This document shows, piece by piece, positions 59,810 through 64,000 of a stretch of 64,000 nucleotides of DNA (the first letter of the stretch is position 1; every line of letters begins with the position of its first letter). The notes below the pieces were generated by a model. It was not told the origin of the DNA, did not search any database, and saw only the letters and a program-made list of their open reading frames with translations. The stretch lies in assembly GCA_002269645.1 (NCBI GenBank), contig NIVC01000284.1, positions 62,001-126,000 on the forward strand. The letters run 5' to 3'. This DNA is from Macrostomum lignano (taxonomy: Eukaryota). The position numbers were made by a program, and so were the translations under genes.

Positions 59810-62139
59810 CGACGCGTCGGCCGTTCAGGGACTAGCGGAATGGGCGCCCGCGCCTTCCCGCTGTGTCCCCTCCGGGACAGCCCTGCAGCTAAGTCAAGTA
59901 AGTCAAGGCATATAGATGGCGCACAAATCGTCCCAAAAAAATTATTCTGGCGCACACTGTGCCACCTTCCTGACTATGGCTGTCACATTCCATAGACTCT
60001 TATAGCCATAGTTATTAATGTTGAAAATTGAAAAAATATTAGAAACAGGTAGAGTAAAACAAAGTTACTTTTAGTAAACTGTATTATCAACCTAGAAACT
60101 TATGAAATAAATACTTAAAAAATACAATAGAACACTAGCAAACTTTAATTTTTATTAATGTGAAAAAGTTTAGCACTAGTACTTTTAATAACAATTAAAT
60201 ATTGTTCCTCTAAAAAAAGATGAAATATGCTTGTATAATCTTGCAAAGACAATTAAGTGTTTTTTCTAACTTAATTTGCAGTTGTTTAAGCACTAGGTTA
60301 TCTTCTTGATTCAAAATATTTTGTTTTTTAGACTTTTTGCTTAAACTATGGCTATGGCTACAGGAACTATAGGAAAATGGTAATTCTGGGGTCCCTATAG
60401 CTATGGAAGACGAAGAATTGGAGTAAGCCATAGTTTTGCTTATGGCTACAGCTATGGTATATAGACCCTTTTTATGGCAAAACACTAATGGCCACAGCTC
60501 TAAATGTCTAAATAGATAATAATAAGCCTAGGTTTATATATTTCACTTATTTCCTATTGGTAGTAAGAAAGATAGATACTATAAGTAATTATATTTTATT
60601 ATATTATAATCATTCTTTTTGGCTTTAGCTTTTATTTTAGCCTGACCTAGGGGCCTATAGATATTTATGCACTAGGCCAATATAAAGCAAATAACTTAGC
60701 ATAAAATAAATACTTTGTTGCATATTTATCTCAAATTTTTGCATAGCTAGCATATTACTATTAACAATGGTTTATTGATAAACTGATAGTGATAGATTTA
60801 ATAGATGTAATGACAAAGAGTAAATTTGATAGGTGTAAAATAATAGAAATAAATGAATGTTGCCAGTTTCAAAATAAAGCTGAAACTTTTCAAATCCTTG
60901 GAATTTAAGACTTAAGCATCAACTAAAATTTTTAATAGCATGTCTATATTATAATTGAGTAATAAAGGCTAAAGTAAAGTTAAATGTTTTACTACTTTAA
61001 TAGAGCTTTTGTCTTTATTAAGATTTATAGACTTAAGCAACAAAGCCATATTGGAATAAGTTTCAAAAACCCACAGATGCGCAACAAAGGTGCCAAAGTT
61101 GTGCCTTCAAAAGCGCGACGCAACACCAAATTTTGTTGACTGGGGGGGGAGGCAGCGGGGTGCAACACAACACTGATGTCTGTGGACCGAATGACCAGGG
61201 GGGAGGACGCCACAATAGCCACGTTGCAATCAACAATTCTTGTTCCGCTCTTCATTCCCGACATCAAGACCATGGGGCAAGAGACGAGTGTATTCCTTTC
61301 AATTTTGCAGAAGAAAATGAAATTTAAAAACAATAAACAGTAAAACAACAAAGGTACAACACTTCGAAAAATAGCACACGCATTGTAACTAACAAGTAAC
61401 ATTTCTAAAAATTATATTTAAAGTATTAGTTACTTAACCATCAAAATAAAAAAGAACAATTCAAGAACTAGTTGTTATCAAACATGTTTAAAACATTTAA
61501 ATACCAAGAAACAACCGTGAACATATTACAATGAAACATAGTTTGCAAGGCATACATGCGCAACTTCTGAAATTACGCTGGCCGTGCGACTTAGTTTTCG
61601 ATAAAAAATGCGACTTACCTATGAAAGAGCCAAGCAAAAACTTTAGGTAAACGGCAGGAGTAACTATGACCATATTTTTAAAGCTAAATGCCTCGCCAGC
61701 TAATTAGTGCTGCGTGCAGATTCCGCGTTTTTATAACAGCTAATCAGTGTCATCTAGTGGCGGCATGAAGCAATTAGTAAATTGTCAGTACAGTGTAGTG
61801 AGCATACTACAAAAGTCATGATTCATGAATGTCCAGAAGTAAGTGAAGTGAATACAGTGTGACCTATAGCTCAAGAACGATTTGCTAGACGATTTGGCAT
61901 GGAAGATGAGAGCCCTGATTCAGATGGCTCATCAGATGCAGAATACGAATCCAGTAGAGATACAAGCTGTGAAAACCCACAGATTTTTAAACCACTGAAT
62001 TCTAATTCCCGGAACTATTTTTGCATAGATTCTAAATTTGAAGTCATGCTCAAACAAAAACTTGTTAACAGTTAGGAAAAGGGCAAAGATGGGAGTAATG
62101 CATGTTAAACTAAGATTTGAGGCCTTTGCAAATTCTCTC

Positions 62140-62790
62140 CATTCCTCAATCTTCTCATCCTCTTTTTCTTTTCTCTCTCATCCCTTATCCCTTCTCTCTT
62201 TCCTCTCCTCTCTCCTCTCTTTCCTCTCCTCTCCCATCTCTTCTGTCTCCTCTCTACATTCTTATCTCTCCTCTCGTCTCTCTCCATTCCACTCTACTCT
62301 CTCATCTTATCTTCCCTCTCGTCTCTCTCCACTCTACTCTCTCATCTTATCTCTCCTCTCTTTTCTACTCTCTCATCTCTCCTCTCATCTCCTCTTTATC
62401 CTCTCTTCTCTCATCTACTCTCTCCTCTTTCCTCTCTTCTGATCTCATCCATCATCTTTTCTTTCCTCTTTCCTCTCATCTCCTCTTCTCTCTCATCTCT
62501 TTTTCCTCCCTCAGCTTTTCTCTCCTCTTCTATCTTTTCTCCCATCGCATCGCTCGCCTCTCCTCTGTTTGCTTATCTCTAATCTTCTATTCCCTCTACT
62601 TTGAAGTAAGAAAATATGCACATTTTTTTGCTGAAGATAAGAGGAGAGAAGAGGGCATTGAGGAGAAAGGGTAGAGAGAAAGGGGGAGAAGAGAGGAGAG
62701 TAAAAATGAGAGGAGAGAGAAGAGGGAAAAGGGGGGAGAGAGAGAAGAGGGGAGGCAAGGTAGAGAAGAAGAGAGAGATGAGAGTTGAAG
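62140..62790. repeat. CT-rich tract followed by a GA-rich tract (low complexity)
   Basis: Polypyrimidine 62140-62590 and polypurine 62640-62790. Confidence 0.85.
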
Positions 62791-63029
62791 AGACACCAAC
62801 CTTGCTACTCGTAGTTAGGAAGTTTCAAAGAACCCGAGGGGCGAGGGCCAGATAGAGGGGCTTCGCGAGCCGGAGTTTGCCAACCCCTGCTCCAGAGTTT
62901 AGGAAATCAATGGGAAAATGTTGACGCGGGCTTCTGATTTCAAAGATCTTGTCTGTGGTTGAAGGCTTCTATTCTGTTTTTGCTCTCCTGCCACACTTGC
63001 ACCTACTACCCCCTGATTGCCTCTGATTG

Positions 63030-63890
63030 TGACTTACTTCCCTCTTATTGCGACTTAGTTGCTTCTTTTTGCGACTTACCTAATCCTTTTTGCGACTTAC
63101 TTAATCCTTTTTGCAACTTACATAATCCTTTTGCGACTTACCTAACCCTTTTACGACTTACCTAATCCTTTTTGCGACTTACTTAATCCTTTTTGCGACT
63201 TACTTAATCCTTTTGCGACTTACCTAACCCTTTTACGACTTACCTAATCCTTTTTGCGACTTACTTAATCCTTTTTGCGACTTACTTAATCCTTTTGCGA
63301 CTTACCTAATCCTTTTTGCGACTTAGCTGATCCTTTTGCGACTTACCTAACCCTTTTGCGACTTACCTAACCCTTTTGCGACTTACCTAACCCTTTGTGA
63401 CTTACCTAATCCTTTTTGCGACTTACCTAATCCTTTTTGCGACTTACCTAACCCTTTTGCGACTTACCTAATCCTTTTTGCGACTTACCTGATTATTTTT
63501 ACGACTTAGCTGATCCTTTTTGCGACTTACCTAATCCTTTTTGCGACTTACCTAATCCTTTTTGCGACTTACCTAATCCTTTTTGCGACTTACCTGATCC
63601 TTTTTGCGACTTACCTAATCCTTTTTGCGACTTACCTAACCCTTTTGCGACTTACCTAATCCTTTTTGCGACTTAGCTGATCCTTTTGCGACTTACCTAA
63701 CCCTTTTGCGACTTACCTAACCCTTTGTGACTTACCTAATCCTTTTTGCGACTTACCTAATCCTTTTTGCGACTTACCTAACCCTTTTGCGACTTACCTG
63801 ATCCTTTTTGCGACTTAGTTTGCTTCTTTTGCGACTTACCTGATCCTTTTTGCGACTTACCTGATTATTTTTACAACTTAGTTTGCTTCT
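63030..63890. repeat. About 22-bp tandem repeat (GCGACTTACCTAATCCTTTTT)
   Basis: About 38 units. Confidence 0.95.
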
Positions 63891-64000
63891 TTTGCGAATA
63901 GTTTTTCTTTTGCTTCACGATTTTCCCTGAACTGCTCTTTCTTTCGCTTTCCTCTTGCCTTTCTTGGTTGTTGTGTTTTTCTGTTTTTGGTTGACTCAAT

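Larger units (their letters stand above)
56932..59906 (+). mobile_element. 5'-truncated non-LTR retrotransposon with RT, RNase H and a C-terminal CCHC (LOA/I-group-like)
   Basis: 16-bp TSD GGCATATAGATGGCGC (56916-56931 and 59907-59922) and a 3' tail (TAAGTCAAG)x2. Motifs: WWNPEL, PFKSPGPDG, FIPKPGK, FRPISLTS, QGGVLTP, YADD, YTDGSK, DSQAAL, WVPGH, GNELAD, CSFC..ETAEHF..C. Confidence 0.95.
56440..59979. mobile_element. Non-autonomous TIR element (about 550 bp when empty) interrupted by a LINE
   Basis: Perfect 19-bp TIR CCATAGTCAGGAAGGTGGC / GCCACCTTCCTGACTATGG and perfect 8-bp TSD CTGTCACA (56432-56439 and 59980-59987). Confidence 0.88.

Noticed and set aside
61870-62075. Acidic open frame after TATAG (AQERFARRFGMEDESPDSDGSSDAEYESS...), phase-compatible with SAP exon 1
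   Set aside because: It could be exon 2 or a transposon remnant. There is no clear donor or family motif, so it is not called without RNA-seq.
62830-62889. hAT/Charlie-like terminus AGTTTGCCAACCCCTG
   Set aside because: Only one end was found. There is no matching opposite TIR or TSD in the window.
1-63890. CRISPR-like arrays
   Set aside because: All arrays are head-to-tail repeats with no unique spacers, there are no cas genes, and the DNA is eukaryotic with spliced genes.

Overview
Eukaryotic genomic DNA from an animal. The GC-rich poly-Q/poly-A exons and minisatellite-filled introns suggest a free-living flatworm such as Macrostomum; this is inference only. The window holds pieces of six spliced protein-coding genes, assembled by hand from GT/AG sites with consistent phases: the last exon of a DEG/ENaC channel (+), a voltage-gated Ca-channel beta subunit CACNB (-, 7 exons, start exon not found), an SLC35A-type nucleotide-sugar transporter (+, 3 exons), an effector-type caspase (+, 3 exons), TBC1D30 (+, 6 exons plus a candidate alternative first exon) and the first exon of a SAP-domain, hnRNP-U-like gene (+). 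Almost every intron and many intergenic gaps carry a different tandem array (about 30 arrays, units 4-48 bp). Mobile elements include an internally deleted Ty3/gypsy LTR element, a tRNA-derived SINE, several TIR MITEs with 8-bp TSDs, and a nested stack at 54.7-60 kb (MITE inside a LINE inside a TIR element, next to a hAT MITE inside another TIR element). There is no CRISPR array and no intact rRNA or tRNA gene. Most long ORFs in the supplied track are artefacts of the repeats.
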